Below, in pieces: positions 1 through 9,198 of a stretch of 64,000 nucleotides of DNA. Location: contig CAVOJZ010000002.1 in the NCBI GenBank assembly GCA_963696395.1, positions 296,347-360,346 of the forward strand. The letters run 5' to 3'. Under the pieces are notes generated by a model. That model saw only the letters and a program-made list of their open reading frames with translations, had not been told where the DNA came from and ran no database searches. A program made the position numbers and the translations under genes. Within the stretch, counting starts at the first letter, position 1; each line of letters opens with the position of its first letter. This stretch comes from an uncultured bacterium (GTDB taxonomy: Bacteria > Patescibacteriota > Minisyncoccia > UBA6257 > 2-01-FULL-56-20).

Positions 1-535
1 CAAATGCCTGAAGCTCATCGATCGGCCACAAACGGAAGCGCACGATGCCCACAATATTTTTTGCCGGCAGCGGACCCCAGCTTCGCGAGTCATAGCTGAA
101 CGGCCGGTTGTCTCCGAGCATATAATAACTACTCGAAGACAACGTTACGTCAATATTTCCCGAAGTCACGAGTCCGGACGGAAGGTACGTTTCGTCAAGC
201 ACGATGCCGTTCGTGGAACTTGCGGTCGGATAAATGGTGATCTGGTCGTTCTTGATCACAACCCGTTCATTCGGCAACCCTATGACCCGCTTGATAAAAT
301 AGCTCGACCAGTCTTCTGGGTCATGGAACACAATAACCTCGCCGCGCTCGGGGGGACGAAAATGGTAGGTAAGCTCATCCGTGAGCACATAATCCCCGTT
401 ACCGAACGTCGGAATCATGCTGGTCCCGCTCACGAGGAACGGCTGGACAAGGTAAGTCCGGACAATGAAAACAGCGGCCACCGCGATGACCGCGATCTCA
501 ACAACTTCGAGAAGTGATGCGAAAAATTTTCTCAT
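1..535 (-). CDS. lepB: Signal peptidase I. The N-terminus is in the window and the C-terminus runs off the window start.
   Basis: Reverse-strand translation from ATG at 535 reads MRKFFASLLEVVEIAVIAV..GTSMIPTF..VIGLPNERV..GDNRPFSYDSRSWG, which matches the S26 signal peptidase boxes. No stop codon appears before position 1. Confidence 0.75.
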   Translation of the reverse strand, partial: MRKFFASLLEVVEIAVIAVAAVFIVRTYLVQPFLVSGTSMIPTFGNGDYVLTDELTYHFRPPERGEVIVFHDPEDWSSYFIKRVIGLPNERVVIKNDQITIYPTASSTNGIVLDETYLPSGLVTSGNIDVTLSSSSYYMLGDNRPFSYDSRSWGPLPAKNIVGIVRFRLWPIDELQAF

Positions 536-598
536 CCAGATTAAACAGCAATTATGGTACTCATTATATAGGGGATGGAATATAATAAGCAAATGGGA

Positions 599-1117
599 AT
601 GAAAATCATCATCGGCCTTGGCAATCCCGGAGCCGAGTACGAGCACACCTATCACAACGTCGGCCTGCTCGCGCTCGCCCATTGGATTGCCGAATTGAGC
701 CCCGACGCCGACTTTCGGCGGCACGGAGACTATTTCGAATATGCAAAATCAGGGAATCTCGTCTTTGTCCGGCCGCTCGTCTTCATGAACGAATCCGGCA
801 TGGCGGCACGCGAAGCGATTCGCGCATTCGACGCAAAGGCGGAAGAGATGCTTGTCCTCCACGACGAAAGCGATATGCCGCTCGGGGATTTCAAACTGTC
901 GCGCGGAGGCGGGTCGGCAGGACACAAAGGCGTCCAGTCACTAATCGATCATGTCCACACGAATGATTTTCTGCGCGGGCGGATCGGCATCCGCAACCCG
1001 AAAGAACGCACCCGGAAGAAGGCCGGCGACTTTGTCCTAAAGCCGATTACGAAAACGCATCAAAAAATCCTCGAACAGGTTTTCGAGGAGATTATTGCGC
1101 AGGAGGCGAAAACATAA
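599..1117 (+). CDS. pth: Peptidyl-tRNA hydrolase
   Basis: MKIIIGLGNPGAEYEHTYHNVG is the canonical Pth N-terminus. The ORF track starts at 575, but 599 (MKIIIG) is the likelier start. Confidence 0.9.
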   Translation: MKIIIGLGNPGAEYEHTYHNVGLLALAHWIAELSPDADFRRHGDYFEYAKSGNLVFVRPLVFMNESGMAAREAIRAFDAKAEEMLVLHDESDMPLGDFKLSRGGGSAGHKGVQSLIDHVHTNDFLRGRIGIRNPKERTRKKAGDFVLKPITKTHQKILEQVFEEIIAQEAKT

Positions 1118-2600
1118 ACGTCATCGTGAACGTCACGGAATTCCCCTGGCTCAGGACGCCGGTCAGCGGGAGATTAATGTTGGAAAACTGTGCATCGTTT
1201 TCCAAATCCGCCTGAAAAGCAAGAATGTGGTCCCTGCCGGTGGCATATCCCTGAATTGAAACCGGCGAGGCAAAAGATTGGAGCGATAAATTAGTGATCG
1301 TAATGCCGGTCGAATTTGCAATCGGCAACAGCGTGGCAAGCACGGAATTTTTCGGGTGGATCATTTGCTCGATAGACGAAAGAAGCGTTACTGAACTGTT
1401 AAATTTTTGAGCCGTCGATTCCAGACTTGTGATCTTGGTGTACTGCTCGGCACTCACGGTTGAAGCCGAATTGAGCTGCGCCGGGCTAGCCATATTCCAT
1501 AAAAAGAAATCCGCGGCGACGTACGTTGCAAGGAGAAGGCCAAGCGCCATCGGAATCACCGTCCGCCAAAATCCTACAAAGTGAAGAAGTCGTTCCTCGT
1601 GAAATCGGTCGCGGGAGGTTTCGCCGAGAAGATTTATTTCGCGGTCCTTACTCCTTGCGGCGCTCCCCCGAAGGCTTGATCCAAGGACGACCAGCCATTC
1701 CGAAGAGATTGGCTGGCCCATGACAAGCGTGAGGCGCATGGCAGGAAACGAAGTACTGTCGGTTATAACTTTTTCCGCTTCTTCCTGAAATACAACCGTC
1801 GAGAGTATGATCGCCCCCAAAGGTTCGGACCAGCTTTGGCTGTAAAAATTCAGAACCTGCCGGAGGCTGCTGCTGATCGTCGCTTCAAATTTTTCGACAG
1901 TGATCTCCCCTTTCCCGTCCATCAGGTCGCGCCATGGATTCTCGTATTCGAAATATAACGAACCGTTTCTTATCACGAGAAAATCGAGACCGAAATTATC
2001 GACATTTATAAAAAGATACGCTTTCGGAACGTCAACGCCGGCACCTTTTTCGCGCACCAATCGCGTAAGTGCGAGACCCCGAGATTCAACCGCCATGGCG
2101 ATAAATCCCCCCTCGAACAACGCGTCCGCCATATCGTCCACGACCTTGCGGTCAACGAATGCGGCGAGGATCTCGAGTTGCACCGTCGCCTCGTTACGCC
2201 CCACAACCTGCCAGCTTGAATATGCCTCCGTGGTCGGAATCGGCGAAGCCATCTGAAGATTAAGCGATACCGCTTCGTTCAATCCTTCACCCCTCACAAT
2301 CGGCAATTGAAAAACCTGGGTGTAAACATCAACCGAGCTCAGGCAGACAACTGCGTTGATCTGCTTTTTTGCGTAATCCGGCCCCATCTGCTTCTTGAGC
2401 GCCGCAGCGGCGGCGACAAAGGCCGGTCGGTCCCTGATCACGCCTTTCTCAATAATTCCGGGGGCAAGCCTGGCGGCATACATTTTCCATGCGGCGCCGT
2501 CGAAAATCGCCACCCGCAGCACTTCGTCGCTCACCTCTAAACCGGCGGCCAGAGACCGAACCCGCAATAGCGACAATAACTGCTCTTTAATCGTCATCAT
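1092..2600 (-). CDS. Type IV pilus assembly protein, PilM (actin-like ATPase fold) fused to a PilN/PilO-like C-terminal membrane segment
   Basis: The N-terminal half resembles PilM (LAAGLEVSD..AVVCLSS). There is a central TM segment (VIPMALGLLLATYVAADFFLW) followed by a PilN-like tail. It sits in the pilB-pilC-pilin gene context. Confidence 0.6.
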   Translation of the reverse strand: MMTIKEQLLSLLRVRSLAAGLEVSDEVLRVAIFDGAAWKMYAARLAPGIIEKGVIRDRPAFVAAAAALKKQMGPDYAKKQINAVVCLSSVDVYTQVFQLPIVRGEGLNEAVSLNLQMASPIPTTEAYSSWQVVGRNEATVQLEILAAFVDRKVVDDMADALFEGGFIAMAVESRGLALTRLVREKGAGVDVPKAYLFINVDNFGLDFLVIRNGSLYFEYENPWRDLMDGKGEITVEKFEATISSSLRQVLNFYSQSWSEPLGAIILSTVVFQEEAEKVITDSTSFPAMRLTLVMGQPISSEWLVVLGSSLRGSAARSKDREINLLGETSRDRFHEERLLHFVGFWRTVIPMALGLLLATYVAADFFLWNMASPAQLNSASTVSAEQYTKITSLESTAQKFNSSVTLLSSIEQMIHPKNSVLATLLPIANSTGITITNLSLQSFASPVSIQGYATGRDHILAFQADLENDAQFSNINLPLTGVLSQGNSVTFTMTFMFSPPAQ

Positions 2601-2629
2601 TACTATTGTATATCATCTCACAAAATTCC

Positions 2630-3766
2630 CTACCGGAATGTCACGATAAGCTCAGACGAACTTACCGATTCCGGATACTGCCACGTCGCCGCAACGGCTC
2701 CCGTAATATATTGATCCATGTCCTCCACGAAAACATGCGTCACCGTTGACGACGTCTCGAGCGTGTACCCGGTTGCTGCCGATGGCACATCGTTGGTCGA
2801 TCCGTCGTATGACGCGCCAAAAAGCAGTTCAACCGGCGATGATGGCGTGACCGAGCCGCTCGACGGCATGGCATTTGAAGCCTGCAATTGCGTTGACGAG
2901 ACATCGGCCGAGGCCGCGGTGGCGGCGCCGCGATATTCATACGTAAAAAGCGACGCGTAGCCAGCCCCCGCGCCAAAACTCGCCGTCACCGTGTTCGAGG
3001 CATTCCTGGCGTTATAAGCGGCAAACACATTCAGCTCCTCGTTGTACGCCGGATATTTGACGGAAGTCACAAGATTCCACGTGTTACCCGCCGTATCGTT
3101 TATGTTCACCGTTGCCGTTGAAGTTGTGTTTGCCGTGACCGCAATTAGCAAGCTGCTTGTTTCGTTCGCAGTTCCAAAAACCGTAGAAAGACTCGAGACG
3201 CTAGGATTATTCGACGCCGTTGACGATTGCTGGAGCATAGCCAGCTTCGGCACCGGCGCGAGCACCGTCGCCGACGTCTCGAATGTTTTCGAATAGCTTT
3301 GTTTGGTATTCGAGGTGTTCGCCGCCATAACAAAGGAAAATGAAACGGAATCGGTTCCATAACCCGATGAAGACCCCAGGTTATAGTGCCGGGTGAATGA
3401 CGTCGAAGATATGGTTACGCGGCTCGTCGTGAGCGGCAGCACCGAACCGAATCCCTGCTGGACATAAAGCGTTCCGCTCGCGAGCGTTATCACCGTGGGA
3501 TCGATCGCCGGATTCGCCATGCGAAGCGTAATCGCCGACGCCGGCGTATCAAGCGTCATGTCCGCAAGGCGCGCGGACTCGATATAGTATTGCAATTGTT
3601 CAAGAAGCGTCTGGCTTTGCTGTGTCACATCCGACTGGGACGATTGCCGCGTTTGCACATTTACGATGGCGATAAAAACAACAATAAACGAAACCGAAAC
3701 GATGGCAAACATCGCCATCGAGATCAAAAGATCTATAAGTGAAAGGCCTTGGCGATTCCGCATCAT
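2630..3766 (-). CDS. Prepilin-type N-terminal cleavage/methylation domain protein (large Ser/Thr-rich pilin-like or minor pilin)
   Basis: The N-terminus RQG|LSLIDLLISMAMFAIV has a class III signal-like hydrophobic helix. The rest is long and S/T/N-rich. Confidence 0.5.
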   Translation of the reverse strand: MMRNRQGLSLIDLLISMAMFAIVSVSFIVVFIAIVNVQTRQSSQSDVTQQSQTLLEQLQYYIESARLADMTLDTPASAITLRMANPAIDPTVITLASGTLYVQQGFGSVLPLTTSRVTISSTSFTRHYNLGSSSGYGTDSVSFSFVMAANTSNTKQSYSKTFETSATVLAPVPKLAMLQQSSTASNNPSVSSLSTVFGTANETSSLLIAVTANTTSTATVNINDTAGNTWNLVTSVKYPAYNEELNVFAAYNARNASNTVTASFGAGAGYASLFTYEYRGAATAASADVSSTQLQASNAMPSSGSVTPSSPVELLFGASYDGSTNDVPSAATGYTLETSSTVTHVFVEDMDQYITGAVAATWQYPESVSSSELIVTFR

Positions 3767-4968
3767 TAGAAAGAAGTCGTGAGCTGATAAATCGGCACAA
3801 TAATCGATAGTGCGATTATCGCAACCATAATACCCATGAAAAGCAGGAGGATCGGTTCAAGCAGTGAAACCGCCGCCTTGATTTTTGCGTCAACGGTTGC
3901 GGCGTAAAATTCGGCAAGAGTATTCAAGACTTCGTCAATATGCCCGGCCTTTTCGGAAATGGCGACAAGATTCGAAACCATTTTCGGGAAAGCCGGTTCG
4001 CGCCGGAAGGCTTCGCCGATGGTAAATCCCTTGGCAAGTCCATCGTTTGCGATGCGGACAAGCGCGTCCTTGTAGGTGCGGAGCCCGACGGTTTCGGCGG
4101 CGACATTGATAGTTTGCATGATGGGAAGCCCGGCCTTCATGAGCGAGCTGATGGTTGAAGCCATGCGCTGTATCGCGAGGTCGCGATAAATTTCCCGAAG
4201 GACAGGAGTATTGCTGAGCACGTTTTGGAATGCCCGTTGGCCTGGTTTGGTTTTCTTGACCGCCCAGACCGCTGCTCCGGCGACCACGGCAAGAATCAAG
4301 GCGATTGGGATGATATTATTTCCGATAAAAAGACCGACGCCGAGAACGATTTCCGAAAAAAGCGGCGGGTTAATGCCGCTGTTTGAGAACACGACGGCAA
4401 CCTTCGGAAGCGCGAACGTGGTGAGAAAAACCATAATTGCAGAGGCCACGCCCACAAGTATGATCGGGTACACCATCGCCGATTTCACGCGGCTGCGCAG
4501 TTCCGCCTCCTGTTCGAGCATTGTACTCAGGTCGTTGAATGTTTTCTCAAGACTGCCCGACGACTCGGCGGCTTTCACAAGGTTAATAAAGGTCGGGGAA
4601 AAATCTTTCGGATGGTTGGCGAACGGAACGTAAAACGGCTCACCGCGGCCGAGGTCATCCCGGACTTCAAGAAGAAAATTCCGAACCGCAGGCTTATCGA
4701 AGTCCGCGATCAAAATATTGACCGCAGAGAGAAGATCGGTGCCCACCCTCAGCATGAGGGCGATATATTTCGTGAGAAAAACCTTATCTTCGGTTGTTAT
4801 GCCGCCGAATAAGTTCCAACCCGTATCGCTTTTTGACAGCGCTTTTACGGAAACGGGGCGCAATTCCTTTCCCGCGAGAAAACGAAGCGTATCATTCAAT
4901 GAATCCGCTTCGAGCTCGCCTTCGATCATTTTTCCTGCCGAATCCGCCGCAACGTAATGAAAGAGCAT
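3766..4968 (-). CDS. pilC: Type IV pilus platform protein PilC (GspF family)
   Basis: Two GspF-type repeats and three TM segments are present, with typical PilC similarity throughout. It is adjacent to pilB. Confidence 0.85.
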   Translation of the reverse strand: MLFHYVAADSAGKMIEGELEADSLNDTLRFLAGKELRPVSVKALSKSDTGWNLFGGITTEDKVFLTKYIALMLRVGTDLLSAVNILIADFDKPAVRNFLLEVRDDLGRGEPFYVPFANHPKDFSPTFINLVKAAESSGSLEKTFNDLSTMLEQEAELRSRVKSAMVYPIILVGVASAIMVFLTTFALPKVAVVFSNSGINPPLFSEIVLGVGLFIGNNIIPIALILAVVAGAAVWAVKKTKPGQRAFQNVLSNTPVLREIYRDLAIQRMASTISSLMKAGLPIMQTINVAAETVGLRTYKDALVRIANDGLAKGFTIGEAFRREPAFPKMVSNLVAISEKAGHIDEVLNTLAEFYAATVDAKIKAAVSLLEPILLLFMGIMVAIIALSIIVPIYQLTTSF

Positions 4969-4995
4969 ATACGATTATTGTACACTATTCCCCGC

Positions 4996-6720
4996 CTATT
5001 CCCTGATGACGCGAAGCACTTCTTCAAGTGTGGTGAGTGCAAGTTCCACCTTCCTCAGCCCGTCTTCAAACATGGTCTGCATGCCAGCTTCGCGCGCAAG
5101 TTCGCGGAATTTTTCGAGGCCGAAATCCGGCGAGGCGATGAAGACGCGCATCTTTTCATCCACTTCCATGATTTCATAAATGCCAAGCCGGCCGCGATAA
5201 CCGGTCATACCGCACACGGAACAGCCCTTGCCGCGATACAGCGTTTTTTGGATCTTAATCCCTTCGATTTTGATGCCAAGCTCATGCAGCTGCCCGTTCA
5301 CAATTTCCTGAATGTTCGGATCGGCTTCGTAAGAATAAGCGCATGACTGGCAGATTTTTCTCACGAGGCGTTGCGCGACCACCATATTTAAAACCGAGCT
5401 CACGAGAAACGGCGGGATCTTGAGGTCGAAAAACCGCGGGACGGCCGTCGGCGCATCGTTCGTGTGGAGCGACGAAAGCAGCAAATGCCCGGTGAGCGCG
5501 GATTGCACCGCGATTTCCGCAGTTTCCGCATCGCGAATTTCACCCACCATAATAATGTTCGGGTCTTGGCGAAGCAGAGCTCGCAATCCTGAAGCAAAAG
5601 TGATTCCCGCTTGCGTGTTAATCTGCGTCTGGTTGATATAACGCATGTTGTATTCGATCGGGTCTTCGATGGTCGTCACGTTCACCTGCGGGCGATTCAA
5701 CATGTTCATCAGAGCGTAAAGCGTCGTTGTTTTTCCGGAACCGGTCGGACCGGACGATATAATCATGCCGTAGGCCTTCTTGATGTTGTCGGCAACCTTC
5801 TTTGCGTCTTCGGGAGAAAAGCCGAGGTCTTCGAGTGAAAGCGGTTTTTGTGCGGCGTCAAGCAGACGCATTTCCACCTTTTCGCCGTAGAATGTGGGCA
5901 TCACCGAAACACGGACGTCCACCGTCTGGTTGCCGATCTGGTAACGGAACCTTCCGTCCTGCGGCGTGAAGTGTTCGTCAATCTTCAGCCCAGCCAGCAA
6001 TTTGATGCGGGCCGTAAGCGCCGGATGAATGGCTTTCGTCACGCTCATGATCTCGTATAAAATGCCGTCGATGCGGTAGCGGACGAACGTTGCCTCTTCA
6101 AGAATTTCGATGTGGATGTCGGAAGCTCGCGATGCGATTGCATAGGACAGGATGTTGTCTACGATGCCGACGATCGGAAGCTGGGCTGCAGCTTCGGCCA
6201 CGTCGTTTGATTGATTGAGTAGTGACGTGCGGATGTTGTCTTCGATCAGCTTTTTAAAATCCTGACCGAGTTCATAGCCGTATACGGAAAATCCACGGTT
6301 CAGATCCTCCGACGTCGCAAGATACGGTTTGATTTTCGTCTTCAGGCGCTGCTCTAGGAACTGGCGCGTTTCGAGATCGGAAGGGTCAACCATTGCGGCA
6401 TCAAACGTGCCGTCTGCCTCTTTATTAAAGATAATGACCTGCCGCTGGCGGGCGACATCTTCCGGTAAAAGCTTTACCGTCGCCGGGTCCAAATTCAAAT
6501 TATTAAAATCAACCTGCGGCACGCCGAGCGCGGTAGCAATCAGCTTATTCAAATAGTCCGCTTCGACGATCTTATCCGAAACAAGAAGATCTATAATGCT
6601 CTGCCCTTTGCGTTGTGATTCCTCAAAGTATTCCTTGAATTTCTCATCGGTAATGAGGCCCTCATTTACGATGAGCCTTTTTATATCGTCCGGTGGCAAA
6701 GGGAGTCGCGCCATATCCAT
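4996..6720 (-). CDS. pilB: Type IV pilus assembly ATPase PilB (GspE family)
   Basis: Walker A SSGPTGSGKTTTLYA is present, along with the GspE signature MVGEIRDAETAEIAVQSALTGHLLLSSLHTND and a C-terminal CxxC..CxxC zinc site. Confidence 0.92.
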   Translation of the reverse strand: MDMARLPLPPDDIKRLIVNEGLITDEKFKEYFEESQRKGQSIIDLLVSDKIVEADYLNKLIATALGVPQVDFNNLNLDPATVKLLPEDVARQRQVIIFNKEADGTFDAAMVDPSDLETRQFLEQRLKTKIKPYLATSEDLNRGFSVYGYELGQDFKKLIEDNIRTSLLNQSNDVAEAAAQLPIVGIVDNILSYAIASRASDIHIEILEEATFVRYRIDGILYEIMSVTKAIHPALTARIKLLAGLKIDEHFTPQDGRFRYQIGNQTVDVRVSVMPTFYGEKVEMRLLDAAQKPLSLEDLGFSPEDAKKVADNIKKAYGMIISSGPTGSGKTTTLYALMNMLNRPQVNVTTIEDPIEYNMRYINQTQINTQAGITFASGLRALLRQDPNIIMVGEIRDAETAEIAVQSALTGHLLLSSLHTNDAPTAVPRFFDLKIPPFLVSSVLNMVVAQRLVRKICQSCAYSYEADPNIQEIVNGQLHELGIKIEGIKIQKTLYRGKGCSVCGMTGYRGRLGIYEIMEVDEKMRVFIASPDFGLEKFRELAREAGMQTMFEDGLRKVELALTTLEEVLRVIRE

Positions 6721-6788
6721 TTATTTTATCACGAAATGAAAACACCCCGTGTGTTCGGGGTGTTTTCGCAAAACTTTTCTAAATCGGA

Positions 6789-7421
6789 CTAAAGACCGAG
6801 GCTGGTTCCTTGCTCGTAAACGTAAGGATTATTACCTCCATCAGTCGATTCAACGTCGCTGGTGCCTCCCTTGGAATACTTTGCACTCTCCGTGAATGCT
6901 GACAGCTTGAAGACGGTTCCCGAAGCTTCATAGCTGTAGAAGTATCCCGGAGCTGTTGCCGAAGTTCCCGAAACGTTCGAAGGATCGACCGGCAAAGATC
7001 CAATCGGAGCTCCGGAGCTGATCAGGTTAAAGTTTACCTGAATCCAACCAGTGCCGCCGATAGAACGACTCGTTGTCGCTATCGGCGCTGTCGTGCTCGA
7101 CGCGAACATCCAGAAAAGGCAATTTCCCTGTGTTGATAATCCCCCAGTTGAAGTCGGCACCCACATAGCGGACGAACTGCCAATACTTACATAACACATA
7201 TTTTGCGTTCCCAGGTTCGGACTGGTTACGTCTGCCAAGTAGAGTGAAATAGCGCTCTTCAGCGTTGCCATGTCTGAGATGCGGTTTGAATCTCTGGATT
7301 GACGGAGAAGTTCCGCCGGGTTCAAAGACAAAATGACGACCACGGACAAAACAGCGATGATCGCGATAACGACAAGCAGTTCAATGAGCGTAAACGCTTT
7401 TCGATTTTTTCGATTTTTCAT
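6789..7421 (-). CDS. Type IV pilin (prepilin)
   Basis: The internal start MKNRKNRKA|FTLIELLVVIAIIAVLS gives a short basic leader plus an FTLIE..hydrophobic helix. The ORF track extends upstream to 7490, overlapping the neighbouring gene. Confidence 0.75.
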   Translation of the reverse strand: MKNRKNRKAFTLIELLVVIAIIAVLSVVVILSLNPAELLRQSRDSNRISDMATLKSAISLYLADVTSPNLGTQNMCYVSIGSSSAMWVPTSTGGLSTQGNCLFWMFASSTTAPIATTSRSIGGTGWIQVNFNLISSGAPIGSLPVDPSNVSGTSATAPGYFYSYEASGTVFKLSAFTESAKYSKGGTSDVESTDGGNNPYVYEQGTSLGL

Positions 7422-7482
7422 AAATTGAATATAATTACGACCTTTTGGTATTACCTTAAGCTTAGCATAGCGACTATGCCGT

Positions 7483-8208
7483 TCATTCAATCATCCTGTG
7501 GATATCTGCAGGTTCTGCGTCAAATTCAAAATGATTGCCGCGATCATCGGAAAATTCGAGCTTTCTTGCGTGGAGCATAAGTCGCAAGGCAAACGTCGGA
7601 TGATTTTTTTTGCCGTACAACGCGTCGCCCATGATCGGATGACCGATACTCGCAAGGTGCACTCTAATCTGATGGGTTCGCCCCGTTTCCGGAGCAACCT
7701 CGAGAAGTGAGTATGTATTGCCGTCTTTTTTGAATTCTTTGAGTACTTTGTACTTCGTAATTGCGGGTTTGAGCATCCTGGTTGCAAAGACGCTCCGCTT
7801 GAGTGTTCCGTTTTTGATCCCGATCGGCGCGTCAATGGTCCCCTCTTTTTTATTGAGGACGCCAGCCACGACGGCGATATATGTTTTTTGAATTTTATGC
7901 TCCTGAAAAAGCAATTTTAACTCCTCGAATGTTTTTTGATTCTTGGGCACGATCATGATGCCCGACGTCTCCTTGTCGAGTCGATGCACGATGCCCGGCC
8001 GCATCGCGGGATCCTCGCCGACGTTTTTCACTTCCGGATAGTGCTCGAGCAACCAGTCCGTTAATGTGGGGGCATTTTTTATTACTTCCCCGTCACTGCC
8101 TTTACGCACGTTTTTTTTCGCAATCCGCGCGGGATGCACCTGCAAGCCGCTCGGTTTGTCCAAAACCAAAAAATCATCGTTCTCGAAAATGACTTTTGGT
8201 TCAATCAT
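7483..8208 (-). CDS. RluA-family pseudouridine synthase
   Basis: The RluA catalytic motif HRLDKETSGIMIV is present, with similarity to RluD/RluC along the whole ORF. Confidence 0.85.
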   Translation of the reverse strand: MIEPKVIFENDDFLVLDKPSGLQVHPARIAKKNVRKGSDGEVIKNAPTLTDWLLEHYPEVKNVGEDPAMRPGIVHRLDKETSGIMIVPKNQKTFEELKLLFQEHKIQKTYIAVVAGVLNKKEGTIDAPIGIKNGTLKRSVFATRMLKPAITKYKVLKEFKKDGNTYSLLEVAPETGRTHQIRVHLASIGHPIMGDALYGKKNHPTFALRLMLHARKLEFSDDRGNHFEFDAEPADIHRMIE

Positions 8209-8209
8209 C

Positions 8210-8283
8210 GGTGGGCATGGAAGGAATCGAACCTTCGACCTCTGTCTTATCAGGACAGCGTTCTACCACTGAACTACATGCCC
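8210..8283 (-). tRNA. tRNA-Ile(GAT). CC is encoded but the terminal A is not.
   Basis: The reverse complement GGGCATGTAGTTCAGTGGTAGAACGCTGTCCTGATAAGACAGAGGTCGAAGGTTCGATTCCTTCCATGCCCACC folds as a cloverleaf with a 7-bp acceptor and anticodon loop CTGATAA. Confidence 0.85.
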
Positions 8284-8293
8284 AGGCGTCCCC

Positions 8294-8367
8294 GGTGCGT
8301 CCTGGAGGGATCGGACCTCCGGCCTTCACAATGTCAATGTGACGCTCTACCACTGAGCTAAGGACGC
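8294..8367 (-). tRNA. tRNA-Val(GAC)
   Basis: The reverse complement GCGTCCTTAGCTCAGTGGTAGAGCGTCACATTGACATTGTGAAGGCCGGAGGTCCGATCCCTCCAGGACGCACC has anticodon loop TTGACAT. It lies 10 nt from tRNA-Ile, so the two are probably co-transcribed. Confidence 0.8.
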
Positions 8368-8379
8368 GATTTGTGTATG

Positions 8380-8589
8380 TTATTTCACAAGACCTCTCCA
8401 GTCAAGTTTGGCGGCGCTTTGAAGGTCGAATCCGGTATCCTGCTGCTGCGGAACATAGTTCAGCGCCTTATTGACGGTGGTTACGATGTCGTTCATGCCC
8501 CATAAATAAAAGCCGACGACAAACGCAAGGAAGAAAACCGCGAGGATGATAAGGAGGGTTTCCGGATGATCGCGCAAAAATTTGTTCAT
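8380..8589 (-). CDS. Hypothetical small membrane protein
   Basis: It has a single TM helix (LLIILAVFFLAFVVGFYLW). There is a 4-nt overlap with the upstream ORF. Confidence 0.4.
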   Translation of the reverse strand: MNKFLRDHPETLLIILAVFFLAFVVGFYLWGMNDIVTTVNKALNYVPQQQDTGFDLQSAAKLDWRGLVK

Positions 8590-9119
8590 TGGAAAAAAAG
8601 ATTCCCCTGGGCGCTCAGGTGGGCTCCCGAGTCACTGTTTAAAACGCTTAAGGAGGTGATGTTCAAAAGATATCCATTTGCCTTCGTTTCAAAATCACTA
8701 AGAAATGTTGTCACCTGCTCCATCGGACCCTCCACGTCAAGCGAAAACGGCACAATGCCGAAGGATCCTTCCGCGGGTGTTGACGGGTTTCCCTGAAATG
8801 AAAAGTTTGCGGTGACGCCGTCGGCCGTCGCGAGCGCGGTAACTTCCGGCGGAGTATTGATGAGACTCGATTGCGTGGGTAAGAGCGTATTGATCGCCGT
8901 TTCGTAGACGGCGGCAGCGGGTGCGTCGTGCTCGAGTTCGGCAAGGCGGCCGAGTGCCGCTGTATTCGCCTGTGTCGTTGCCCGGCCGCTCACGAATTTA
9001 TCCGCGGCTGAATGAAGGTCTCTTGATAGATACACAAAAGCGACGACTCCAAAGACAATGCTCACCACAATAATCCCCCCGTTTATAAGGAGCCTTGTTT
9101 TAAAATTCGTTTTCATCAC
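8586..9119 (-). CDS. Hypothetical membrane-anchored protein
   Basis: It has an N-terminal signal-anchor (LLINGGIIVVSIVFGVVAFVYL). No recognisable catalytic motif was found. Confidence 0.4.
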   Translation of the reverse strand: MMKTNFKTRLLINGGIIVVSIVFGVVAFVYLSRDLHSAADKFVSGRATTQANTAALGRLAELEHDAPAAAVYETAINTLLPTQSSLINTPPEVTALATADGVTANFSFQGNPSTPAEGSFGIVPFSLDVEGPMEQVTTFLSDFETKANGYLLNITSLSVLNSDSGAHLSAQGNLFFQ

Positions 9120-9198
9120 TCCTTAATATTCTAGCAGATAGATTAAATCATTATTAAGCAATGCTTCTCATACTTCGTGAAACGGGTATTCTCGTATC

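Noticed and set aside
323-517. A 64-aa plus-strand ORF
   Set aside because: It lies antisense inside a clear signal peptidase I coding sequence on the minus strand (1-535). It has no ribosome-binding site and its composition is low-complexity. It is spurious.
8134-8361. A 75-aa plus-strand ORF
   Set aside because: It overlaps the tRNA-Ile and tRNA-Val genes on the opposite strand and has no coding signal.
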